Shown piece after piece: positions 39,625-51,045 of a stretch of 64,000 nt of DNA (position 1 is its first letter; the number at the start of each line of letters is the position of its first letter). Location of the stretch: assembly GCA_951406725.2 (NCBI GenBank), contig OX597815.1, forward strand, positions 184,326,001 through 184,390,000, in the 5' to 3' direction. This DNA comes from Octopus vulgaris. Lineage: Eukaryota. The position numbers and the translations under genes were made by a program. The notes beneath the pieces are model-generated. The model made no database searches and was not told where the DNA came from. It was given only the letters and a program-made list of their open reading frames with translations.

Positions 39625-39770
39625 GGGAAGTTTTATGAAAATAAACAAAAGACGAAGGCAGGTGGAATACAAGCAAACAATTGTATTAGAATGGTGCTCA
39701 GGAATATAAATAAAACAAGTATTTTACGTTTCGAGCCTACGCTCTTCAACAGAAAGATACACAGAAAAGA

Positions 39771-39816
<46 letters not shown>

Positions 39817-40023
39817 AAGATGTAATCATATGTGAATCGTTGGCGATTTTTTCCTCCGGCTTTCTTTTCTCTTGGACTTTCCACTGTCTTCTGTTTCTGA
39901 AGAACAGCTTTGTTCGAAATGTAAAACCCCCTTTCTTTCCTTCTCTGAGCGTCTGCTAATACTATTCATGTACTATGTCCTCACGTTGTTGTTTTCTTTG
40001 TGTTTGTTCTTCGTTTTTTTTAT

Positions 40024-40030
<7 letters not shown>
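39625..40030. mobile_element. Two related pLTR-like HHR fragments in divergent orientation around (TA)n
   Basis: Minus 39722-39755: ttt-CTGTTGA-a-gagc-gtag-gctc-GAAA-cgta-aaa. Plus 39893-39927: gttt-CTGAAGA-acagctttgttc-GAAA-tgta-aaac. Both are followed by ctgagc..ctaatac. Confidence 0.7.
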
Positions 40031-40065
<35 letters not shown>

Positions 40066-40186
40066 GGTTTGTATAGTGTTTAAAGTGGTGTACAGATATT
40101 GTATTTTGAGAAAAAGGCGGGTGTTAGAATTTGGAATAATTCTTTCCTATCGATTTTGTTCGTTTCCGAATTCGCGAAGACAAAAT

Positions 40187-40226
<40 letters not shown>

Positions 40227-40227
40227 T

Positions 40228-40440
40228 TCTTTTATTTTTTCAATCGTTGAAACTAAAAGCTGGAGCACCGCTTTTAGTCGAACAAATCGACCCCAGGGCT
40301 TATTCTTTGTAAGCGTAATACTTATTCTGTCTCTTTTGCCGAACCGCTAGTTTACGGGGACGCAAACACACCAACATCAGTTGTCAAGCGATGGAGAGGG
40401 GCCATACACAGACACCGAACATACACACACACACACACAT

Positions 40441-40479
<39 letters not shown>

Positions 40480-40645
40480 CATACGGCAGGCTTCTTTCAA
40501 TTTCTGTCTACCAAATCCACTCACAAGGCTTTGGTCGGCTCGAGTCAATAGTAGAAGACACTTACCGAAGGTGCCACGCAGTGGGACTGAGGTCTGAACC
40601 ATGTGGTTGGTAAGCAAGCTACTTACCACACAGCCATTCCTGCGT
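40228..40645 (-). mobile_element. SINE family B, near full length
   Basis: Reverse complement of 29601-30055. Confidence 0.9.
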
Positions 40646-40674
40646 CTCTCTCTCTACCTACCTACATCTATCGA

Positions 40675-41222
40675 CGAGGGTGAATCAAAATTAATGCCAT
40701 TTTGTTTAGGACAGGTATAACTACCAGCACGGGAACATGTATCATACATCAAAATGAAGCTAGTCCTCTATAGATCACATCCCTACTTCTCAAAATATTC
40801 GCCGTTTCTCTGAATAGCAATGTTCTATTTTCGAATGAGAACATGTATCCTTTCCCCGTAAAATTCTGTAGACTGTTCTATGAGCCACTTCTTCACAACA
40901 GTTTTCACTTCGTCGTCACTGGACTATCATCCCTTCGGCCCCATGAAAGAGGGTTTGAGAGGCAAACATTATTCCAGTGACGTGGAAGTAAGAACTGTAG
41001 TGAGGAAGGGGTTCAAAGAACAGTCAACAGAATTTTACGGGGCAGGGATACATGCTCTCATTCAAAGGTGGAACATTGCTATTGAGAGAAACGGTGACTA
41101 TGTTGAGGAGTAGGGATGTGATCCACAAAGGACCAGCTTCATTTTGATGTATGATACATGTTCCTGTGTTGGTAATTGTATCTGTCCTAAACTAAATGGC
41201 ATTACTTTTTGACTCACCCTCG
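40675..41222. mobile_element. Mariner fold-back element made of two inverted 3' ends
   Basis: Arms 40675-40923 and 40973-41222; TIR cgagggtga; plus strand encodes DYHPFGPMKEGLRGKHYSSDVEV..RWNIAIERNGDYVEE (mariner C-terminus). Confidence 0.92.
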
Positions 41223-41289
41223 TGTATGTATGTATATGTATATAATTGTGTGTGTATATATATGTGCATTTTATTTATATACACACACA

Positions 41290-41328
<39 letters not shown>

Positions 41329-41719
41329 GTGTGTGTGTATATATATAATCTCATTTAATGAAATACATATATTTCACTTTTTGAACTTATGATACGTAAG
41401 GTACATCTATTTAAATGGGGAAACAAGTGAATAAGCAGAACTAATACTTGTTCAAGAAGTAAATTGGCGCTCTTTACTTCTTCCTCTATTACTTCACTTT
41501 TCTCTACAAAGTCTATGCGGTAATTTAAGATTGATTTTTAAAAATCGATATTATTAGACAACATGATTATGCTATATTTTATATAGTCAACATTGAGCTT
41601 CATTTAAAGATTAGGTTGTATAGAAACTTTTTATGTGAGATTACTGGATCCAATATTTTTTTTTTCTTTTAGACCTAGGAGCTACAATCGAATCCTAAAG
41701 GAAGTATTATTAAACATTA

Positions 41720-42358
41720 CAGTAATCGCTCTACATATCGCAGTTCCCCTATCGCGGTATATTATTGTAAACCTCCTCGAGGAATGTGAAGACGCAGGCT
41801 GGAAAGCGGAAGTCGAAGTCGGTTGTAGAGGGTTCGTTGGACACAGCGTGAGACGACTGTTGTTATCGCTAGGTCTAACTCATCGTAAAGTCAATACCAC
41901 CATGACTGATATCCAATCTACGGTGGAGAAGGCTAGCCACTGGATTTGGTTAAAAAGAGACGATGAGCGATGGCTAGAAGGATATTGAGTTTAACTTCAT
42001 AACCAGCTGATCTAGCAAGCGGGGCCTCATATCAGTGAGGGGGGGGGGGCGGTGCGCATTGATGCCGTCGATAGGTAGGCCCCGAAACGGCGCGCTTTCT
42101 CTCCTGATGACCCCATACACTTGCTGGCTTCCGGTATACGGAGCTTTTGACTGGTTGTACTTGCATGTGCAAGTTGTTTGCAAGACATTTAAGCTTACGT
42201 CGATTCCACCGTGGTGTTGTTTTGAATTTATAATAAAATATACAAATTATGAAAATAATAATAATAAATATAGTACAGTACTGTTTCTACTTCGTGGATT
42301 TTCTCCTAACGCTGGGGCTTTTCGAACGTAACACCCGCGACAATCGACCGATTACTGT
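41720..42358. mobile_element. Tigger/pogo-type MITE with TA flanks, containing a LINE insertion
   Basis: ta-cagtaatc ... gattactg-ta termini; interior matches 29470-29590 and 30113-30200. Confidence 0.8.
41765..42187 (+). mobile_element. HERO-type (RLE endonuclease) LINE 3' end
   Basis: LLEECEDAGWKAEVEVGCRGFVGHSVRRLL..VEKASHWIWLKR*; VEVGCRGF and ASxWxWLKR are characteristic of HERO C-termini; GC-rich 3' UTR follows. Confidence 0.85.
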
Positions 42359-42451
42359 AATAGAAAACCTGGTTTTCGCTATTTTACTTGAACGCATGCA
42401 TTTTGTGAATAATTATATAAACACTAACAGTACAGTGCATGGGGGACAAGA

Positions 42452-43265
42452 TGCTTAGCGTCATTTCGTTCACCTGTACGTTTTGAGCTCAAATTACGCC
42501 GAGGCTGACTTTGCCTTTCATCCTTCCGGATCGATATAATCGATTTACCCCATATTCCGAAAGTGCTGGCCTTGTGCCAAAATTTGATACCAATATTTAT
42601 CTGCGTTTAAAGGCGGCGAGCTGGCAGAACCGTTAGCACGCCAGGCGAAATGCTTACGTGTATTTCGTTTGCCGCTACGTTGTGAGTTCAAATTCCGCCG
42701 AAGTCGACTTTGCCTTTCATCCTTTCGGGGGTCGATAAATTAAGTACCACTTACGCACTGGAGTCTATGTAATCGACTTAATTCCTTTTGTTTGTCCTTG
42801 TTTATCCCTTCTATGTTTATCCCCTTGTGGGCAATAAAGAAATAAACGTTAGCACGCCGCAAGAAATGCATAGCAGTATTTCGTCTGCCGCTAGGTTCTG
42901 AGTTCAAATTTCGCCGAGGTCGACTTTGCCTTTCAGCCTTTCGAGGTTGATAAATTAAGTACCAGTTGCGTACTGGGCTCGATCTAATCGACTGGCCCCC
43001 TCCCCGAAAATTTCAGGCCTTGTGCCTAGAGCAGAAAGAATATTTGTCTGCGTTTAAGGCAGCGAGGTGGCAGAATCGTTAGCAAGCCAGAAAAAATGCT
43101 TAGCAGCATTTTGTCCATCTTTAATTTCTAAGTTCAAATTCCACCGATTTCAACTTTGATCTTCATCCTTTCGGGATCCATAAAATAGTGCCAGTTGAGC
43201 ACTGGGGCTCATGTCTTACACCATTTCCCGAAATTGCTGGACCTGTACCAAAATTTGAAATCAGT
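42452..43265 (+). mobile_element. SINE family A tandem cluster (4 core copies)
   Basis: Cores at about 42485, 42684, 42899 and 43130. Confidence 0.9.
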
Positions 43266-43812
43266 ATTTCACTACGACGGCGTAACTGGCAGTAACAAAA
43301 TTATTTTCTCTTAACAAGCTAAAACATGAATATGGCAACGAATTTGTCTCGAATCAAGTATTTATTTGCTATCACGATGTGTCGGTAGAATAATTAGGCC
43401 ATTAGACAAAATGTTTTATGCCATATGTTCTGGCTCATTGTACTCCGGATTTGAGCTTGATATCAGCATTCTTTTCATTCGTCAAAGATCCATAAGATAA
43501 AGTACCGATGAATTAGTGAGGCCGATATGATCAATTGCCAGTCTGTGCCAATATGCCGTGGCTCAGTCGGAATACACTTCCATCACATCACTATAATAAA
43601 TCATTACCATTGTAATACGTCAGTAACAATTTACATTACAGAAAACACAGACTTCTTTATTATTTTCTCACACAGATTCTCTTTCTAAAATTGGGCTTTA
43701 TCAAAAGTGATAAAGTAATAGAAAGTGTTATGTTATTTCTGCTCATTTCTGTTTATCAGGTTATGAAAGGTCTTTAGCGGTACCGTTTTGAGTCGAATTG
43801 CAACCTTCTTCC

Positions 43813-44034
43813 CTGGTGACACCCACCACAGTAAAATCTTCCCACACTTTCCTTTGCCACATCTGCACTCTCTTTCCTTCGTCTATCATCTGTCCACCAA
43901 ATGGTTGACTTTGTCGGGGTCTCTGGTGACACCCAACTGTGTCAAGTCTTCCCACATTTTCCTTTGTCACATCTGCACTCTCTTTCCTTCGTCTTTTAGT
44001 TGTCTACCAAATGATTATCTTCGTCGGGGTCTCT
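43813..44034. repeat. 110-bp tandem duplication
   Basis: ctggtgacaccca..cacatctgcactctctttccttcgtc..gtcggggtctct starts at 43813 and 43923. Confidence 0.92.
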
Positions 44035-44204
44035 GCAACGGCAAATGCAATACATGGTTTTTCGTTTAACCGCAATGGTGTCTGGCAACTCACTTAGACC
44101 GGCTCTTCTGATTTCATTAATTATAATCTGGTTGCGACAGGTGTTCCTCAAGAAGTATTAAACAAGCAAAAAATGTAATCACTCGGAGGTTCGTTGTCAT
44201 TTAT

Positions 44205-44410
44205 ATCACGTGATCAACCAGCCCATCAAATGTTATACAACACTGGTCGCAATGCACTTCATATCGTTTTAGCGAGCAGGCCAACATTCCCACTGATAGC
44301 CCGTCGTAGAGTTATCTATTTGCAGCTGAGTGAATTGGAGTAACATAAAATGCTTCACTGAAGAACACAACTCGTAGTCGGTCTGAGAATCGAAACCTCG
44401 GTCTCACGAC
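44205..44410 (-). mobile_element. Family D tail fragment next to a family C head/core fragment
   Basis: cacgtgatc..ctggtcgcaatgc (D); gcagctgagtgaattggag..gaatcgaaacc (C). Confidence 0.6.
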
Positions 44411-44524
44411 TGTAAGGGAAACACTCCTCAACACTAGGCTCAGCCCTTCGCTTATTTGCTGTATTGGCAAAATTTTGAATACGCAATCAGGAATTTTCTT
44501 CAGTGTAATAAGTCTTTCTACTGG

Positions 44525-44960
44525 AAGCACAAGGCTTCAAATTTGGGAGAAGAGATTAAGTCAATTACATCGACCCCAGTGCGTAACTGGTACTTAGTTA
44601 ATCGACCTCGAAAGGTTGAAAGGCAAAGTCGACCTCGGCAGAATTTGAAATCAGAACGTAGCGGCAAACGAAATACCGCTAAGCATTTCGCCCGGCGTGC
44701 TAACGATTCTGTCAGCTCTCCGCCTTTTAAAGTAATAACAATAATCCTTTCTACTACAGGCACAAGGCCTGAAATATTGGAGGACGGGGTCTAGTCGATT
44801 ACATCGGCCCCAGTACGCAACTGGTACTTAATTTATCGATCCCGAAATTATGAAAGGAAAAGTCTACCTCGACGGAATTTGAACTCAGAACACAGCGGCA
44901 GACGAAATATCGCTAAGCATTTCGCCCGGTGTGCTAACGTTTCAGCCAGCTCGCCGCCCT
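44525..44960 (-). mobile_element. Two tandem family A SINEs
   Basis: Two cacaaggc..ctaagcatttcgcccgg..gctaacg units. Confidence 0.9.
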
Positions 44961-45399
44961 TCTTCAGCGTAATAATGTGATAATTTTGTTGATATATCGG
45001 TAGCACGGATCAAAGTAATTCCTCAAAATCGTTCTATATAAACGTGCAGTACAAGTAATTCAATTGTATGCCCAATCATATATCTGAAATTAGAGCTCAA
45101 AAATTTAAAAACCATTAACCTATTTTTGGGGAGGAAATAAATGTATTCACCAAATGTAAATATAATTTGATTAATAATCAAATACGGATATCGGTCCCTA
45201 TTTCCTTCAAACATTTAATTTTTGTCAATTACATATCCTTTCCATTTTTTTCTATTTAATTGCAATAATAGCAAGCTCTGTGATAACATTATCAACCACA
45301 ACTTTCTCCCCCTTCTCCTTCAGGAATCTTGGAGACATGATTAACCTTATCAACAATCACATCTTCTTCATAATCCAGCTCACAATAAGGTTGTCTTCT

Positions 45400-45790
45400 T
45401 CCTTTCCTTCCTCATTTTCTTTCTTTTTCTTCCTCATTTTCTTTATCTTCCTTTTTCTTCCTCATTTTCTTTATCTTCCTTTTCTTCCTCATTTCTTTAC
45501 CTTCTTTTTCTTCATTTTCTTTACCCTCTTTTCCCCAATTTCTTTTTTATTTTTGTCGTTGTTTGTACTACTTGTACTGGTTCTTCTTCTTCTTCTTCTT
45601 CTTCTTCTTCTTCTTCTTCTTCTTCTTCTTCTTCTTCTTCTTCTTCCTTTTCTTCTCCCTTTTCTTCTCTTTTTCTTCTTTCTTCATGTTTTTTTTCTTT
45701 TCTACTACTACTACTACTACTACTTTTTATCCATTTACTTTCTTCATGTTTCTTCTTCTTCTATCATCAACAGCATCGTCATCACCATCT
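45400..45790. repeat. Pyrimidine-rich low complexity with (CTT)n and (CTA)n
   Basis: Direct observation. Confidence 0.9.
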
Positions 45791-46919
45791 GTTCGTCTCT
45801 TATTATCCCATGCAATTTCAAACGTACATCGCTAACGTCGCCCTGACTGCGATCGCAATGTGTAATTGATTCATGCTAGCGGCATAATCGACATTGAAGT
45901 TAATTAAGCATACGGTTTCATATCCGTATATATTTAATTTAGCTTTGAATTTAAGCCCACGAGGAACTTTTTAGCAGTCTGGAATTGGGATTTATTCTAC
46001 CTCATCATTATTACAACTCACCAATTTATTGCGAAATTCTATGAAACAGGATCCTACATGATATATAATAAAAATGCATTATCTACAAAATATATTGAGG
46101 ACAATTGCTCGTCTTAAGTTATTGGGATAAAAGTCAAGCATGTCTTAATACACAATGACATCGATTTGAGTTTGATCTTCTAAGTTGTTTGGCCCGCAGC
46201 TGTGGTTATTATTATCAAGGATATTATCAGGGCAGCGAAATGGTTGAATCGTCTGCACGTTGGATTGATTCTGGATTTTTATCTTCTCAGTTCAAATACA
46301 ATCGCAGTTGACTTTGCCTTCTATCTTCCGATGAAATTAATACCAGTTAAATACTGGGGTTGTTCTAATCGACTCCCTCCCCCAAAAATGTTGGCCTTGT
46401 GTCCATCATCATTGAGTGAGAGAGCAGCACATAGCATCAAAGTGACGTTGGAGTGCAAATAAACGAAACCCAATACACATGACTACCCGTCTAATAAGCA
46501 TACCCCAGACACAAGTATCATAACTAGCCCATGTTAATAGCCCATGACCTTTCACCTGAGTCCCAATTAGAATTTTCTTCAGGCCAAGTATCCCATTCAG
46601 CTCAAAAGGTCCCTAAATAAGGCTTCTTTAAGGATGATGAACGAAACAGCCATGTTTCCAGCGGTGAATTATTCAAACCTTCAAAGAGTACTACTCAGTA
46701 CATGGCTATAATGTTCTCCCACTACTCCTGCTCATGTTCAGAGATGCACATAATGTCCGATATTAAGGGACATGCTCAACTGTTCAATGTCAAGCAACTG
46801 ACAAACAAATGAGAGGCACTGAGTAATTATGTCCTGTGGTTCATCTTTCACGCCAAGATATATAGATGTTAACACTTGCAATCAGTTGAGATCAGAAAAC
46901 ATGAGAGCTACTGCCTTGT

Positions 46920-47110
46920 ATTAGCACGCCAGGAAAAATGCTTCGCGGTATTACGCCCGTCTTTACGCTCTGAATTCAAATTCTGCCGGGGTCGACTTTG
47001 CCCTTCATCCTTCGGGGTCAATAAATTAAGTACCAGTGAAACAATGAGGTCGGTGTAATCGACAAGCTCCCTCTCCTGATATTCCAGGCGTTGTGCCTAT
47101 AGTAGAGAGG
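46920..47110 (+). mobile_element. SINE family A
   Basis: ttagcacgcc..ggtcgactttgccc..taaattaagtaccag; another weak copy at 46230-46402. Confidence 0.8.
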
Positions 47111-47186
47111 ATTCTTTTTTTTTTTCTTCTTCTTCTGCTTCTTATCATCATGATCATGATCATGATCATGATTATTATTATTATTA

Positions 47187-47241
<55 letters not shown>

Positions 47242-47243
<2 letters not shown>

Positions 47244-47443
47244 CGTGCTGCACGGATTGTGTCAGTGAACAGGTCGCTGATTCAAAGCGACAAAAATATT
47301 TTGACAAATTAAATTTACACGTTGAAATGAATCTAACGGTTTTTGTGTGTTTTCAAATGGCTCAGAGATACCTTTCACGCTACAATTGTTTTTGTTTCAG
47401 CGCATAATCTCAGACCAGGCCACTTGCTATTCAAGTACATATC
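47242..47443 (+). mobile_element. Repeat family F with G3-C8 variant hammerhead motif (47260-47306)
   Basis: tgtca-GTGAACA-g-gtcgc..gcgac-aAAA-atattt-tgaca; homologous to 23728-23910. Confidence 0.7.
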
Positions 47444-47449
47444 ATATCC

Positions 47450-47531
<82 letters not shown>

Positions 47532-47571
47532 GTGTATAATGTACAGATTAGTGAAGAAAATTCAACAAAAA

Positions 47572-48211
47572 AGTTGATTGTTTAGATGTTTCCCTAGATT
47601 TAAACTCCTCGTATAAACTTTTCCATAAGCCTAATGGAAAACTCGCATATATATATATATAAAAGGCCTTGTCACCTTCCTGTAGTATTTAAAAATCTGA
47701 TAGCTAATATTAGTAACAGTGTCTAATTTCTCTTCTTCCAAAGAAATTTTCGAGGAACCTGCTCACTATTATAACAAGGCGGTAACCAATTGTGGCTTCA
47801 GAGACAAATTAATATGTAATCCTTCTTATAATCAAAATATTAATAATAGCTCAAGTGACATCGAATATAAAGTAGTACTTAACCACTATAGTACTAATCA
47901 GTATAATAAGAAACCTAAACATAGGCCAAAAAGTTTTTTTTTTTTGGTTCACCGCTACATTTTCCCTTAAAAGATTCCTGTCACCTCTGGACAAACACTT
48001 TCCAGCCACTCACAGATACAGGAAAATATTTAATGGGCATTCTGTGAAATTATCATATAGCTGCTGCCCCGATATAAAGAGTGTCATTACACGTGGTTAA
48101 TACCAAGAACCTGAATCCAGTTGTAACTATCGCGGCGCAGGATCCTATCCACTTGACCAACGATGTACGACTAGATCTATTATATATGAGGTAGAAGTTA
48201 CTACAACGCTA

Positions 48212-48243
<32 letters not shown>

Positions 48244-48895
48244 AACTGATAAGAAGACCTATATTGGATTATATGAAGGAGAATTTAAAAATCGCCATAC
48301 CAATCACATTGCCTCCTTCCAACATAGGGACAGAAGTAAATCTACGAAGTCTGCTAGCTCCGTATGGACTTTGAAAGATAACGAAACATCACATGTGATT
48401 AAATGGAAAGTAATTGAGACATCCTTACTTTATTTGAATGGATCCAATAAATGTAGATTTTGTTTAGCTGAAAGAGCACAGATCCTGTTGAGATCTAAGA
48501 TCCCTAACTCTCTACTGAACTCGAGGTCAAAAATTTCAGTAGTGGCATGCATGCGTATAAATATATTCTGGAAAATTGGAAAATTTTGCCTATTCCTGAC
48601 GAACTTAATATCTTTCCAGCTTTATCATTTAAGGTCTAAGGAGGATAGCTCTTTCATCATTTTATCTTTTACATTTTATTTTTAACATTTTGGTTTAGGT
48701 TTTTCGTTTTCCGGTGTTTACTGTTTGCATTTTCTATATGCTGCCTTCTCATTTTATTTCGTGTTTCTTCTGCTATTCAATTGCTTTAGTTCGTTATGAT
48801 ATGTGGCTTACGTCTGAAGAATATGTTTGAGTTCGCTCAACATATGAAACTATTAGTAGCGCTTTAATAAACGTATTGGGACCTTAAATAAGTTA
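47572..48895 (+). mobile_element. 5'-truncated Penelope-like element (Naiad-like), decayed RT thumb + GIY-YIG + 3' pLTR
   Basis: VDCLDVSLDL..FHKPN, SNFSSSKEIF..YYNKAVTNCGF, decayed CxCx5C linker (CNYRGAGSYP), KTYIGLYEGEFKNRHTNH, KWKVI..KCRFCLAER; HHR and AATAAA at the 3' end; (TA)n flank. Confidence 0.9.
48811..48861 (+). ncRNA. Hammerhead ribozyme in the PLE 3' pLTR
   Basis: cgt-CTGAAGA(48814-48820)-atatgtttgag-ttcg-ctcaacatat-GAAA-ct-att-ag-TA-gcg; AATAAA at 48866-48871. Confidence 0.8.
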
Positions 48896-48899
48896 TATT

Positions 48900-48931
<32 letters not shown>

Positions 48932-48949
48932 CGTAAGTAGGTAATAACT

Positions 48950-49440
48950 TCGAACAATATTTAAGAACATTCCATTTATGTATCATCAACAACACTACAC
49001 AGTTGATTTGTATTCCTTTGCTAAAAGTTCGAATAATTTGTTGCGAAGACAGACGGACCATACTCAGACCGATGCCTTGTTTGAATGTGTTATTTATTAT
49101 TGCCATTGCTACGCTTAATTTTCATGTGCTTACGTATATGTGTACAAAATATCCGTATAATCACATCTTGCTGCTAATTATTGTAGTTAGGGGGACAATT
49201 TAATGTAATCCCTTAATTTATTTCGGGTTAGTGATGTTTAATATTTCACCAGTTCTTAGCAGGTTTCGAATCGTAAAATATATTGCTTTTCGTGTAGTGG
49301 GGATCTGTGTTTTACGAGAGGTGAGTGCGATGTGAAGGAGATAGATCAACGAATGATAGTAAAGCGGATTAATATGTAAAGGTTCCTTGTTAACGTATTT
49401 CGTTAAGTATTCACTTATGTTGGATTTGCTCCCCAAATTA
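48950..49440 (-). mobile_element. Old LINE RT relic (clade unclear)
   Basis: QIPTTRKAIYFTIRNLLRTGE and KQGIGLSMVRLSSQQIIR resemble IPxxWKxA..LKxGK and QxGFR..STxxQ in the correct order; very degenerate. Confidence 0.35.
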
Positions 49441-50387
49441 ATTCAAGCATTCTCTAATATATCAACCTCGCTTCCTTTTATTCTTTCGAACTTCTAATAT
49501 ATATATAGAGAGAGAGAAAGAGAGAGAAAGGCAGAGAGAGAGAGAGCGTATATATATATATATATATTTATATGTATATGCGTGTATGTGTCTATATATA
49601 TATATATACGTAAATATATTTATATATATGCATGTATATACGTATTATGTGTATGTATGTGTTTATATATAGATGTATATATGTTCGTGTATATTATATG
49701 CATATAATGTCTATGTGCCCCAGTACAAATGTATGTAACAATAATTACTTTGTTATAAAATGAGTTGTAAATAATTGAAAATTATTACGCTCAATAGCCA
49801 TATGGAATTATAATCTTATTAACATGACAACAATATTAAAACATAAAACAATATTTTTCATGAAATTTGTTTCTAAATCCGCATCGAATAATTTCAACGG
49901 ACAATTTAATAAATTAACGATTCTTCAAGTTATATTTTCAATTAAATTTCAAAATTTGATTCACCGTTTTATGAAACATTTCCCAATTCATCTGGAATTG
50001 AGAATGTAATTTTATTTTGGATCGCGTATATCAGATAACCTAACCTATCATATCATATATATTGTTTTACTCATATGACCGAATATATATTGGTAATAAA
50101 AGATGTATTTTCTTTGCTTAAGAAGCTTTGGGAATAAAGCAATATAAAGCTGGGAATATATTAAGTGTTTCTTCTTGGGCACCAGGGAAAACGGTAATTA
50201 CTTTGTTACATCTGTCTCATAAAGATTCAGAATAACTTTATCGTTATTAAATCTGTTCCGTATTTTCTTCGTGAAAGCAAATGAACTTCAAATAGGATTA
50301 TTACGCAAACAAAATGAGCAAAAGGGAAAAGACGAATAAAAATGGATTGATCACGAATGATGTTTATTCCGCCCCCCCACACACACA

Positions 50388-50636
50388 CATATATTAGAGG
50401 GAAACGACTATGTGGACACCCTTATGCTAGAAATAGATCTATTATGGTCTTACCACCAAGAAATGTTCTCAAGAATAACGTATCTAATTCTATCATAAGG
50501 GTGCCCACATAGTGGTTTCCCTCTAATATGTATATAATACAATTTTACTGAACCTTCAGTTATTATTATATGCTAGACCACTGGTGTGAAATCGATGTTA
50601 ATTAAATTAACACCTAATTTCTCACCCTCATTTTAA

Positions 50637-50640
<4 letters not shown>
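50388..50640. repeat. Family G-related element with internal inverted repeat
   Basis: Arms 50388-50423 and 50496-50531; shares tgctagaaatag and ctaattt.tcaccctcattt with 38846-39578. Confidence 0.75.
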
Positions 50641-50683
<43 letters not shown>

Positions 50684-50734
50684 CATATACAGAAAGAGAG
50701 AGATAGAGAGAGTAAGGATAAAGATTTTAAAAAA

Positions 50735-51045
50735 CCCTTCGGTCATGAATGACCTTGGGATTGCGCCTAGAATGTTCCCCTTCGAGGCGCAGAAGTCCGG
50801 GCAAGGTCGTTTACGGAAGATCAACAGTCACCCATGTCAACCAGCACCCTCTGTCCACGCCACCAATGTTATCCCCGGGAAAGGCAAAGACCGTTACAGC
50901 TTGGCACCGGTGACCCCGCAACTAATTTCTACTGCTGAGTGAACTGGAGCTATTGGAAATAAGGTGTCTTGCTCAAGACGCAACACACAACCAGGTCCGG
51001 GAATCGAACTCACTACCACAGGACTCTGAGCCATGTGCCTTCACA
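50735..51045 (-). mobile_element. SINE family C
   Basis: Diverged reverse complement of 16972-17310, including the tail. Confidence 0.85.

Noticed and set aside
44930-44970. Minus-strand CTGAAGA..GAAACGTT hammerhead-like match
   Set aside because: Chance junction of flank and family A head; stems I and II do not pair.
48100-48620. Selenoprotein-type Naiad
   Set aside because: Lost cysteines are TAT codons, not TGA, and no SECIS was recognised.
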